This document shows positions 22,901 to 35,196 of a stretch of DNA of 64,000 nt, one piece after another. A program made the position numbers and the translations under genes. Each line of letters opens with the position of its first letter. Position 1 is the stretch's first letter. This DNA comes from Psilocybe cubensis (taxonomy: Eukaryota). The DNA lies in assembly GCA_017499595.2 (NCBI GenBank), contig CM038999.1, positions 3,658,001-3,722,000 on the forward strand, written 5' to 3'. Below the pieces are notes generated by a model. The model was not told the DNA's origin, ran no database searches, and was given only the letters and a program-made list of their open reading frames with translations.

Positions 22901-25900
22901 AAGATCTGGGAAGTGTATCTCTCCTAGGCGTTCGACCAATGTACCTAAGGCTTTGGCAGCAGTCGCGCGAGCCTCAGGAACGGGATCAACAAGGACTTGA
23001 TGCACTAGAGGAAGAAGTTCATCCAGATATGGCACAAAGTCTTTGGCATCGGTGAGGGAAGCAAGGTTTCCAACAATCTGAGCAGCTTTCTTTTTTGTAT
23101 CCGCACCACGTTCTCTAAGACCCCTTTCCAGTATAGGTACAACCTGGCCAAATGCAGTTGGTACACTGCCATAAAGTAAAGTTGTAATAGAATCTTACCA
23201 GTGCAAGCGAAGAGTGGTCAATATAGTGCATAAAGGATGTCTTCAACAAGGATCCCAAAGCATTTGGAGTCTTCGCCGGGTCTACTAATGCCTTGAGTAA
23301 GACTGGCACGAGGGATTGAATTTCTGGGTTGCTGATGACCTCGCCGAATTGCTTCAAGCTTTTATTGGCAGAAGTGCGCACTTGGGCATGGGAGTCCGTC
23401 AAAACACCTGTCAGTCGCGGAATGACAATTGGTAAAGAAATGGACAATTGACGAGGCGAGCAGTAAGCCATCATTCCTAACAGTTCGATGGATCCTTTCT
23501 TGGAGCGCCATTGTTTTTCGTCTAAACCTTCCAGAAGTGTAGGAAGAATAAGCTTGACTCCATAACCAGATAGATTGCCCATGATCACTCTTGAGGCATC
23601 TTGAGCAGCTTCGCGAACGTCTGCTGTCGAGTCTCCGAAGGAAGTTAACAAAAGTGGAAGAACAAAAGTGATGTATGGTTCGAAAAGGCGGCCTAACGTG
23701 TTTGACAGAGTTTCAAAGGCAAACATGACACCTTGGCGAGGTTCATAACGCTTTTTGTCTTCCGCTGCAATTTTCAATCTGCTGATGATGTTGAACTCTT
23801 TCATACCGCCGATTCCGGTGCCATTGATGACACCAGCCAGCCCATAAGCAGCACCACGCCTAGTGGCGTATTTGGGGGCATTGAAAAGGTCGTCAAAAAG
23901 AGTGTCAACCAAAGTAGGCAGTCGAGGTCGCATCAGAGTTACCAGAGGTGATAAACATTCCGAAACTGCGATTTGAACTTGCTCTGATGGAGTTTTTAGG
24001 GCATCAACGAGTCGGTCCACGATTTCGGTTACTCTTGAGTCTGAAGCCTCTAAATGTCTGGCAACACGACCGAGTAAAATGACCACAGCTTCTTTGATAA
24101 AATCATCGGTTTCAGAAGTGTATGAGGATTTGCCGAGACGATCTTCGAAGATAGCGACCAAAGCTGCTAGACGACTGGCGCCATGTAAGTCGATTACTTG
24201 TGTCCCAGCGGCCAGCATTCCTCGACGGACTTCTGGCGCGCGGTCTCCAAGCGCTTGGTCTTCGATCAAGAATTTGATGAATGGTTCTATCTCAGAGTCG
24301 GTAAAGGATGACGCCAATTGTTTGAATGCTTGCGATGCAGCTAAACGTGCAGGCCATGGATCGGCACGATCGAGGCTTTGCGCAATAACCATGCCCTGTG
24401 GAATTACTTTAAATAAATGGCTTAGCGTACAGTTATAGAACTTACATATTGGTCAAACTCTGGTGCAAGGACTTTGGCCTAGCAATCATATGTATGAGTC
24501 ATATGTTGCCAATGAAGGATGAAATTTATATCACCTTTTCACGGTAGTAATTCTGTAAAACTATGACAGTATTCGAAATAGTTTGCGGCCACTGTTCCAC
24601 CGCCTCCGCAATTGCGGCGGCTACACTGGAGCGTACATACGCATTATCATGTCCTGGTTAAGAGGATAAACATTTTCACTTCTGTCACGAAAATTAGATT
24701 TGCATACCCAGGAATTCTACCAAATCGTCGAGGAAGGATTCCAGGATATCAAATCCATTATCATCCCAAACATGACGAGCCAGTCTTTTGTTTTGTTCAT
24801 CATCATCATGGCAAGCAATCCAAAGCTCAGCGGACCAGTCCATCTCTGTCAAATCGAATGGCTTCATAAACGTTAAACCATGATATTGGGCGTATATTCG
24901 GTTGATTACTGACCTGTATGGCTTGTAGACATGAATTTCGAACATACGACTCTTGGAATAAAGTGCCTCGAAGAAGAACTTGGATCTCGTCATGAGTCGC
25001 CGTCCCATAAATCGCCTCGCCAAGTTCAATTAGAGAAGACGAGGCTTCTTTCCCAAGGTTAGGTTGTTGACGAATGACGTGGATGAGATTATCGATTGTT
25101 TGCAATCGCGGGAAAGCGGTGTTGGAAACTGGAGGGAAGGTCAACATGCGAACTCAAAGAAATAGAGCAAGCTAACAAACATTCTCCACAATGGAATTTA
25201 ATTATCTCCAAAGCGAGTGCAACCTGTTCCAGGGGGTCTTCATCCTCATCTTCCTCGTCATTGTCCCCTTTTTTACCGGGTATACCACCCCCTGTCAGAA
25301 TTTTGCTGAGAAGAGGAAAAGTGTATGAGAAAGTGGCAGCGTCAAACGGCGATTGCTCGGATAAGAATCGAAGGCGATAGAGAACACGAATGACCAGCTC
25401 TATGATACATTTAAATTTGAAATATAAAGACTCAAAACTCAACAAAAACTTACTATGAAGAGGCTCTGCCTGGAGTTCTTCTGGGACAGCTCCAATTTGG
25501 AGGCATCGAAGAGTCGCAATTCCGATCCATCTACTGATTGAGTCAAGTCGCTCCGTCGTGCTTTTGGCAAGCTCCTGTTCAACTCGATGAACGAAATGTT
25601 ATGACATGCCACAAACTGACTAACCAAATAGGTCTCGAAAGCCACTGTACCCGCAAGGAACGAACCCCTGTTCAAAGCGCCATCCAAAAGCAACGAAACA
25701 ATCGAGGACATATGCGACTGGAATTCCTCAACTCGAGATGAAACCAAGCTACGGACGAGGTGAAGTCCACGTGTAAGACGAGACTGAATACCGGAAACAT
25801 GCTGCCGTATCTTTGCTTCTTTCTCAAGTTGCGCCTGAACAAGGGCCTGCTGCTGCCTGGTCAAAGTCACAGGGGTAGCTTTCTTCGTTGCTAGAGACTT

Positions 25901-28900
25901 GCGGATTTCTTCTTCCCATTTTGCGATTTCGTAGTCTTTACCTTTGTTAGTTCGGACTTCCGCTTGGGTCGATGATAGAACTAACAGAAAGTTTTACATC
26001 AGCCTTCGAAGATTAAGGAGATTCATGACCAAACCATCAACATATGTAGTGCCTTCAGGGGTTGCCCAGATAGCAAGATCTTCATCAGAAATGGCCTTAA
26101 GGATGTCTGGGTTCAGGTCATCCTTCAGTTGATCTACAATACACGAGAGGACAAGGGCGGGAGAAATGAACGCCAATGTAGTAACGGCTGCGTACGCTGC
26201 CTCCGCAAACCCGGGCTTTGTACTCAATGAGCATTGTAACATACGCAACATGAAAGAGACATGCCTTCGAAGTAGCAGTAGTTGCATCCAACAATAATCG
26301 CATGACCTTATCCAGGTGTTTGTCGACGACCTCCCGAGGGTCAACACCGGCTTTCTGACAAATGTCAACCCATGTCTGCCCATCAGATGCACCTATGGAT
26401 TTCGTTCAGAAACTTATCATACGTGAAGAGCATGACGTACGAACATATAAGATTATGATGGGCAAGAATAATCAATTCCACGACAACGTTCTCTCGTAGT
26501 GTAGCGCCAACTTCTTCACCGAATGTAACAATGCTCAGCAGCAAAGTGGATAGCCGCGAGTTTTTATTCCAAGGTTGAGAAGATTCTTCCGAGATGCTAC
26601 CACTGGCAGTTTTGTGTGATACAGAAGCACGAATGATAAATGATGACAAGGCCTCGCGGATGATTCGATCTGTTAGTTGAGGTGCACGAGCTGTTGCATT
26701 GACTAGAGAGCTATTGACCAATTTCCGGACCTCTGGATGTCGACTTTCGACACCTAAGTGGATATATACAAGACCCAGTTGGGTGCTAGACTCAAGTTAA
26801 GTATAGTTCAAAATACGCGTGACTAGTTTCAACTTGCCGCAAGTGCTCGTTCTTTGAGAGTTCCGAGGAAAAATACTGAAGGGAAGCGTCGCAGGCCTTC
26901 AAAAGCCATAGTTCATCGTCTTCTTCCGCCACCTTTTGGTATACCTTGTCCCATAGCAGGAAAGGCTGTTTGACGCCGCTACTTGTGATCGCAGTAATGG
27001 CAGGGTTCTGAGCGATGACAGAAGCTGGAGTTCATAGTCAACATTACTTGTCTGTGCGTATATGCCAGTCCGACTAACCAAATTGCTTGGATGCAGCAAA
27101 GGAACCAAGAAGCACAGTCACAGCCACATAGCCTTCATAAGGACCACCTGGGGCATTGAGGGGATTTCCGCTGACTGTCTTCAAACAGGCCTCAAATGAT
27201 GGAAGCAGCCCCTTTGCAAACGCAGCACCACTCTCCGACTCTATAATACCCGGTTCAGAAATTAAGATGGACCCAGCCAGACCAACGAAGGCTTTGCGGA
27301 CAGCGACTTTAGTATTGGTCATTTCTTTGGCGATGAATTGGACGGCTGCAGTAGAAAGAGCATTCTTGTGGAGCAGGAAAAGAACGTGTGCTGGCAAAAC
27401 GCTAGCCAAAACAGCTGTAGCTCCTTCGTGCGGTTCTTTGGGAATAAGAACGGAAGCCGCGTCAACGAGTGTGGAGGAGACATCAGTGGCTGGTGAAATG
27501 TTGGAGAGCATCGAATAGAGCGCTACTCTGTGGTCGGGGCCCGCGGACTTTCCGGTCTTTGGTAAAGCAATGAGTTCTGTAACAGCAATACGAGATAGAT
27601 TGTGAGGATCCGAAGGATCGCTGAGAGCAATTAATGCTTTGAAGAGATGCACAGAGTTGGTACGGACAATCGGGTTGCTGGACTTTGCACTGCTGATGAT
27701 CTGCGTTAGTAAGCGTTGGAAAGATTCGACAGATAGTGGGTGCTTGTATGAGACAAAAAATTGTGTAACAGCTATGCCGAACAAATTAAAAATCATCGAG
27801 CAAAGAGGACATGGAAAACACACCGGGGAGACAGTGTTCTGGGGACCGCAACATGGCCTTCTCGATGGTAGGGTGAATGGCTTTAGTGAAATCATCGGAC
27901 GTGATGAAGGTGGAAACAAAGTCGTTGAGTGATGATATGGTGTGATCAGGTAGGGAAGTTTTCGACATGAGGATCGCAGACGTGTAGAGTTCAACAATTC
28001 TATCTTTTGATTCAATGGGAAGTCGCTGAACCGGTTCTACTGAGACGTTTTTCAAACGGATAAGGACGCTGACAGCTACACCCAGAAGGGGAACCATTCG
28101 TGTTGGCGTTTGGCTGCCTTTTGAAATTTCTAGGAGAGTAGAAATAAATTCGGGAACTTTGGAAAATCCTGCCGCCCTGAGTGCTCTCCGTGTTCGTGTA
28201 AGGACACCTTTTTTAACCGCTGGTTTCGCTTTCGAGGAGTCGCTGAGCATATCGAAAAGAATACCCATTGATCCAGCGAGCACACGCCATGAGTTGGAGG
28301 CAGCGAAATGTGGATTATGCTTCACGCAAACCGTGAACAATCCACAGGCCCAACTGTGAAGAACGAACAGATCTGAAGGCGCACATGAACTGTTGCGACC
28401 CGGTCAAATTGGCGATTAATTCAATAGCTTCAATAACGCACTCTGAATTCCCCTTCTTTGCCAATTTTCCGACCTCATTTGAGAACCATCCTAAAACCTG
28501 CTCTGCAACTCCCAACCGAACCTCATCCTTAGCCCCTTCCTCTGTGCCGCGCAGTTCATCTCTCCGGACCAATTCGATCGCCACAGCTTCGACAGCATCG
28601 CGGGAAGCAGCGTCCGAGTACCGTGGATATGTGAGGGTCAGCAACTTGAAAATATCCAATATTTGAGACAGCGTCAGATCTGAAAAAATGCAATACAGGA
28701 TCAGCGACAGTATCCAAATGCCAACCAAAGAGCTCACAGAACCTGCATGTTTCGCAAGCGACAAAATCTCATCGCGCAAGAACACAGTCCTGGCTTTCGT
28801 TTTTTCGTTCAAGAGATAGTTTTGCGCGTATTCTAGCGACCTTGACCAGTCGTTTAGCACCTGATCCCTCTGCCATACTTGTTCCTGGTCTTCTCCGTTT

Positions 28901-28956
28901 CCTGTTGAGGAGGTTGTCGCGGATGAAATCCAGGATTGTATCTCGGCTTTGCTCAT
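19905..28956 (-). CDS. GCN1: eIF2-alpha kinase activator GCN1 (HEAT repeats)
   Basis: Motifs ALKTPSEQVQIAVSECL, RRGAAYGLAG, LFEPYI, WRSKKGSIELLGMMAYCSPRQLS, LVDPVPEARATAAKALG, VDRQGAAQGLSEV, KPFFPQLQRTF. First ATG at 28956; an in-frame GTG lies at 29010. Confidence 0.95.
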
Positions 28957-29414
28957 TGCGCCCGCGGCCGGCTCCTTCTTGAGCTTCGCTAATGGGTTTT
29001 TAGGAGGCACTTTGACGAAAATCTGATAACGACTGAAAAATCAAGTACACCGATTGAGAACGAGTCAACGCGCTAAATCTGATCGTGGGAATTAATTGGG
29101 TGTTGTGTTGAAGCCACCTGCTAACATTAAATAAACCATTTACTCAAAGTGTTGGAAGACTAGAAATGGATACACGAGATACACAATAAAATTGATTGCA
29201 AGTTGTTAGACCATTGACATAGCATGTTTCAAAAACACAGTGGAATTGCGCTCTGAAAAAAATGAGGATAATGAACAGCTGGATGGAAGATATGATGCAA
29301 AAATACGAGCAAGTACAGAGTTCCAGCACACATGCAGATAGAAAGGAGGATGTAGAACGAACATAAACCCAAGAAATAAAAATAAAATAAACAGAGCAGG
29401 AAAATTCCAGGAAA

Positions 29415-30075
29415 TCATTTGGGTGGTTTTTGATCCTCAAATGGATTCTGAACGATTTCGGCAGGGTAGTCCACGGGAGAATCTGATGAGTTTGATTTAA
29501 ATTGAGGTAGAGGCGGCTGAGACCTCATAGTGGACCTGGTTGGCGGAAATCTGGAATTGAAGGCTATCAAACTTGTGGAAGATGAGGCTGGTGACGGAGT
29601 GACTTCCAACTCTGTTACCCCGGCAGGAGTAAACGGAGTACGGGAGTCTGTAAAATGCCATGCACCGTCGGGTCGACGAATGGCAATGCGCATGTCTTCG
29701 CCAGGTTTGTGTTCTATAAGAAAAACACGTCGTTAACGGAACAGTTTCAACATCATCAATATAGCAAGACATACTAAATTTCGGTGCTGTCCCTCCAGGA
29801 TGGTGCCCAGCTGCGCCAAATGGTGTGATGTGGGTGGCAGGGTGGTCACTGTGTATCAGCGCCCCTTGGTACGGCCCAGCAATCTCTCCACTAGCCTGCC
29901 GACGTTTTAGACGCAGCGTCGTCATGATCACGAAGCCAATTAGAAAGGCTCCAGCGATAGCAAGGACGGTAATCGCGACCATCATACGGTGGTCGGTCTT
30001 AGGGGTAGGATCCGAGCTCACAGATGTCGCGCTTGAGGCAGCAGAAGCCGTTGAATCGACAGGAAATGGTGACAT
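29415..30075 (-). CDS. Small single-pass membrane protein, hypothetical
   Basis: S/T-rich N-terminus, TM segment MMVAITVLAIAGAFLIGFVIM, then basic RLKRR and HITPF. One intron (~29716-29775) leads to MRIAIRRPDGAWHF...NPFEDQKPPK*. Confidence 0.7.
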
Positions 30076-30966
30076 TGGGACCGTCTCTGCTGGAGGACGC
30101 GAAGCCGCATTTGATTAGCTTACATCTGGTATTCATAAGCCAAATGTGGGCGTACCTGTAACGTAAAGACAATGCAACAAGACGGGGAGTTTGTTTGAAG
30201 CAAAAGAATGAACTTCAAACTGGAAAACGAGCGTGAGGGAGGGTGCACGACAGACCCAGGAAATTTCGTGGTAGAAAGAAAGCTGTCTGACGCCTAGACT
30301 TCAGCTCCAATAACGCTATATCTGTCAGGGGAACATGCAAAGTATCCATCAGGACGTGGCTATTAGTTTACTTTGAACATTCATGCTTGCCTAGCTGAAT
30401 AAATAGAGGCAAATGAGAAGTGATGCGAATCTTTTCAAGTAGACAGTCTTGAATTAATTTGAACCTGCCAGCACGAAAACCATGGAAGAACAGTGGTTGG
30501 GACTTGGTCGCAACCAGTTGGGAGGTTCAACGGTCACAGTCAGGGCCAAGACAGCAGAGGTCTTGTTCAACTTACGACTTGACAGAAGGAGAAATCTAAA
30601 TTGATTGGACGTAACGTGATGCAACGTGCCGACCCTCGGGCTAAATTTTGTACCGAGCCGACATCAAAACCCAGGCACATGGTACGCATGGAAAGGTGAT
30701 TCCCCTCGCTCATAACTTGTTGGTCCAAATATCTTCATTCAAAATACCTCCAATCTATGTACATGAATGCTCCTATTAATGTCTCGAACCACAATGGACG
30801 GACGAACCACTCTGCAATGCTAACTGGTACAGTAACTTAAGCACAAGCCTTCCCGTCGAGCATGTGTAGATGTAAAACAAGATGATGATGGTCCAGAAGT
30901 GCAGCTAGGAGCGTGTAATGCAGTGGTAAGCTTAGAATTATATCGAACACCGTTATGGCTTACTAC

Positions 30967-31585
30967 TTAGGTTGACGCGTTGAACGAGAGCTTTGTAGCG
31001 GCCTGGCCAGCTGCAGCCTTGTCAAGCTTGATATTGTTGTCCAGTTTCTTCTGCTCCGCGGCAAGCTTATCGACCACGTTCTGTCCTTGCGCTGCCTGAA
31101 CCTTCAGTTTGAGGATGGTCGCAGTGAGCTTAAGGACCTTGTTCTGGATCTTCCCGTTCTATATTTTCCCAGTGAAGAGATTTTTTTGAAAAAAAATAAA
31201 AAACGAAGAGTCACCAGATCAGAATTGGCATTCGGACAAATAATATATAGAACATGCCTACCTGGAGAGCGGTCTTCGCAGCACCGGTCGCGTTTTCAAT
31301 AGCAGGATTAAATGCCTCTGTCTCTGCCTTGTTGGCGATCTGGTTGACACTGTTCAGGAAATCCAAATCGGCTTTCGCGACGTTCTTTGCGTCATTCAAA
31401 TTGAGCGCGCTAAACTTGGCGAGAGCCTGCGCTTGCGCGTTACCAGCTCTGCCACCAGAGATCGAAAGTTGGTTGTATGTTTGTTTGGCGAAGACAGGTG
31501 CATTGGCACGGCGTTCGAGGACAGGAGCTGCCAAAGCCGCGGTGAGGATGGCGAAAATGGTGACAAGGAAGGTAGGGAACTGCAT
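30967..31585 (-). CDS. Small secreted Ala-rich helical protein (GKIxNKVLKL family)
   Basis: Signal peptide plus a Kex2-like ERR; SISGGRAGNA, AETEAFNPAI. After one intron: NGKIQNKVLKLTATILKL...SFNAST*. Confidence 0.85.
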
Positions 31586-32425
31586 AACGTCAAGGCTACT
31601 GATCTTATTTGCCAGAAGACGATTGAAAAATACAGAAGATTAGGAAAGAAAAATACAGCACAGCTGTAAAAAAAGAAGGGCAAAGAAAGAGAAATAACGA
31701 TCAAAATACAACCTGCAAAACTAGATGAGCATATTATATCGTTCGTAAAACTCGGGCCAACACGCTTAGGCACAAAGGATACATTAAAACTATGGAAACC
31801 AATAAATAATGATACCGCCGACGCGATCAGACGCGATCCTGGAACCTAATACGTATAGGCGCACGACAATCCGCGTCCTAATGCACATGAGTTGCACATG
31901 GAGAACATGGAATTGATTACACGGCAAACTCACTGTATACAGCCCGGTTTCGCTGTATCGCCTGAGCTGTAGCCTGTATAGCCCACCAAGTCTTGAAATA
32001 CTGAATAACCCGCACGCATTCGACTTGTCCAAAATGATATTCGAAAGCCAGACTTACTAGAACTCAAAAAATCTGTAAATTCATTCGTGTGAAGCCGCTG
32101 ATTGCCGAAGAAACCAAAAGGCCACAGCGGTACGCCAGAGCCCTCCATCTTCACATCTTCTCCAGTAAGTACGAGTATGCACTAGTCCCCAAAGAGGCCG
32201 TGGATTGCTCATCTCTTATCAAATCCACGGAGGTGCGTTTTGTATTGTCAAAATCATTGCCCTTACGTATTCAGTATCGCGAGTCCAGTAACTGCATTAT
32301 CAGGCTTCAGGCTGACCTGGGAAAGTGGATAACTACAACGGACTGTCTACTGCCATAGTCAAAAGGGTTCACCACTCACTGCTTGGAATCAAAAGTGACG
32401 GGTTGCGTTCTATTGCGATTTCAGG

Positions 32426-33760
32426 ATGTCCCAACTCCTGAGTTCAACCGTGCGCAGTGCAAAACGCACCTTCTCCAAGATGGGATACAGTACCTCAATC
32501 GCAGATCCGCTTCCCGCTACTTTCCTGCGTGGGGGGACATCCAAAGGCATCTTCCTCACACAATCATCTCTACCACCCGACCGTGCCGCATGGACCCCCA
32601 TATTCCTAGGCATCATGGGCTCCCCGGACGCAGAGTACGGGCGCCAGCTAAACGGTATGGGCGGCGGCGTCTCGAGCCTCTCCAAGATCATGGTCATCGC
32701 CCCGCCGTCCGCCGCACAGAGGGCACAGGGCATCGACGTCGCGTACACCTTTGCGCAGGTCGGCATCCGCGATGCGAGCGTCGACTACTCGGGCAACTGC
32801 GGCAACCTCTCCAGCATGATCGGGGTGTACGCCATCGAGGAGGGCCTGTGCCCGGCGCGTACCGGCAAAGACGGTGTCGCTACTGTGAGAGCGTTCAATA
32901 CGAACACACAGAAGGTCGTTGACACGACGTTTCCTGTGGCGGAGGATGGTACGCCGCTCGTTGACCTGCCCCAGACGAGCATTGCAGGCGTTCCGGGAAA
33001 GGCGTCGAAGATTGTGCTTGATTTTGTCGACCCAGGAGGTGCGCGTACCGGGAAACTCCTTCCGACAGGCAACGCGACAGACGTTCTGGAAATCAAATCC
33101 TCCGACGCGATTGGTTCACGCACGGTCAAAGCCTCGTTAGTAGACGCAACAAACCCGACTGTCTTCGTCGACTATGCTGAATTAGACGAGTTTCTTCCTA
33201 TGGGAGACTATGTGAGTGGCAAAAGCACAGCCTCCGAGCAAGTGGGACCAGTCCTGGAAGAAATACGCCAGGAAGGCGCAAAGGCCATGGGACTCGACCC
33301 GTCTGCCCAAGCACAGCCAAAAATAACATTACTGAGGGCACCACACACTCAAGACGACATTGCACAGGGAGTCGACATTGTCGTGCATGCACTCTCGATG
33401 GGGGTCCTGCATAAAGCTATTCCAATGACCGTAGGACTTTGCCTAGGGGTCTCATCGAAAGTAGAAGGAACCATCGCTTGGAGTATTGTACGAGAGGTGT
33501 TGTCTGAGCAGGCCAGCAAATCAGACTTGGATACCATTCGAATTCGGCATCCAGGTGGTTTAGTTGACGTTGGTGCCGATTTCGACAGCAGTGGTGTGGT
33601 TAAAAGCGCAAAGGTTATACGAACGGGAAGGCGATTGATGAAAGGATATGTATGGCATGGAAGCAATCACCAAGTTGTAAAAGGACAGCACATGTCAAGC
33701 ATAAAGGAGAGCGTACAATACTCCGATACACTTGCCTTACGCCATACATTGATAGAATGA
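32426..33760 (+). CDS. prpF: PrpF/DUF453-family isomerase (methylaconitate/methylitaconate/oxalomesaconate isomerase-like), intronless
   Basis: ATFLRGGTSKG, GMGGGVSSLSK, DYSGNCGNL (catalytic Cys), SLVDATNP, HPGG, RTGRRLMKG. The N-terminus resembles a mitochondrial presequence. Confidence 0.88.
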   Translation: MSQLLSSTVRSAKRTFSKMGYSTSIADPLPATFLRGGTSKGIFLTQSSLPPDRAAWTPIFLGIMGSPDAEYGRQLNGMGGGVSSLSKIMVIAPPSAAQRAQGIDVAYTFAQVGIRDASVDYSGNCGNLSSMIGVYAIEEGLCPARTGKDGVATVRAFNTNTQKVVDTTFPVAEDGTPLVDLPQTSIAGVPGKASKIVLDFVDPGGARTGKLLPTGNATDVLEIKSSDAIGSRTVKASLVDATNPTVFVDYAELDEFLPMGDYVSGKSTASEQVGPVLEEIRQEGAKAMGLDPSAQAQPKITLLRAPHTQDDIAQGVDIVVHALSMGVLHKAIPMTVGLCLGVSSKVEGTIAWSIVREVLSEQASKSDLDTIRIRHPGGLVDVGADFDSSGVVKSAKVIRTGRRLMKGYVWHGSNHQVVKGQHMSSIKESVQYSDTLALRHTLIE

Positions 33761-34034
33761 TAGCACCCGTGGTAGCGTTCGACATACTGGAAATGGATGG
33801 AATCCGTGAATGGTGGAACGCCGGAGACACTTCGTATCTTGCTTACTTTCATACGACAAAGTGCCTACACAATTTCGCGTAATTGTCGTCGACTATTACC
33901 AGTAAACCACCGGTAAGGATAAAATCTCGAAGTCGAAACCTTGCATAATTGATAGTACTCTAAAAAATGCGCAAGACTATACTCGTACAGTAAACATAAG
34001 CCCATGAGTCAACACATAAATAATTCACGTTCAA

Positions 34035-35196
34035 TCAAAGCCAGAGGAACCCCGTTGGCGCTTGAACAGAGTCATTTGACGCGATCTCTTTCAGCGACTT
34101 GCCGCCGTTAATCCGCTCAAACATTTTGACTCCCCCACCATTTGCGCCGCCTGCAATCAGATACCTGTCGTCGGGCCCGCCGAACACGATTCCGCGCACA
34201 TGCTTCAGCCCGGTTCTGACCTCGGCGATGAGTTCAAGACTGTCGGGTTCCTCGATAGAAAATATAGATATGATGTCACCTTCGGGCGACGGATCATTGC
34301 GATTCGAGAGGTAAAGATAGGGGGTCGGGAACGAAGCGTTAGGGGTTGGGATCAAAATTTCTGCCGCGAGCATATCGTTAGGTGTAGGTGGCGGGTTCGA
34401 CATGGTGGGCACAGATTTGATGAATTTGGGGAATTCTGGTAGTGGAGGGAGGCGATGTCGCACGACCTTGCTGGTCAACTCAAGCAAAGTAAACATATCG
34501 CCCTCTGAGATGAATGGATTAATCAAGTCACTGTATTCAGGCCGAAAAAAACTCACTGTAGAACGCGACATGGCGCGGTCCACCCCCTGCTTCGATCCCA
34601 ACGTGCCCGGCCAACTTCCACGAGCCATCTTTGTCTTTCTTGAGTCTGCAAACACAGTCCGATCCTAGATCTGGGACAAAGATTTCCTGGTATTCCTCAT
34701 GCAAGATAACCTGATGGGGATGGGAACTTTCTTGTCGCGACTTGTTGGGTCCAACGCCACTCAATTGAACTATGGATGGAGAAGCGGCGAATTTCAGAGG
34801 TTTTCCGGACACGGGCAGGACGGCCACCGACCCTGAGGAGTACTATAATGGAAACAGTCAGCTCTGCGCAACACCTTGTTAGATATATGCGCGCACATTG
34901 GCCACTAAGACCTCGTTTTCGAGAGCGAGCAAGCAGCACGGATCACGTCCGCCGCTGGTGACTTCTGCGACTTTGTCCAAGAATCCAGTGTCATCGTGCG
35001 TGAGGGCGAGTATCTTTCCGTCGTATTGCTCCAGGCCTGTCCATACTATAGAAGGATGGCTCGGATGAGATGCGATCCAAGATGGGTGGTGGCCTACAGT
35101 GGTGCTAGATGTCACATCCAACGACGCGGTCTTGGGATCGAAGGTGAGGGTAACGATGTCGTTGCTGTACGAAGCAACGAGGATATGATGCGCCAT
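34035..35196 (-). CDS. 7-bladed beta-propeller lactonase (YkgB/6-phosphogluconolactonase/carboxy-cis,cis-muconate cyclase family)
   Basis: ILVASY, HPSW, GPNKSRQESSHPHQ, VPDLGSD, GGGPRH, AAEI, YLSNR. Two introns. Confidence 0.88.

Noticed and set aside
29144-29440. Hydrophobic ORFs upstream of GCN1
   Set aside because: T-rich 3' UTR of the neighbouring gene; compositional artefact.
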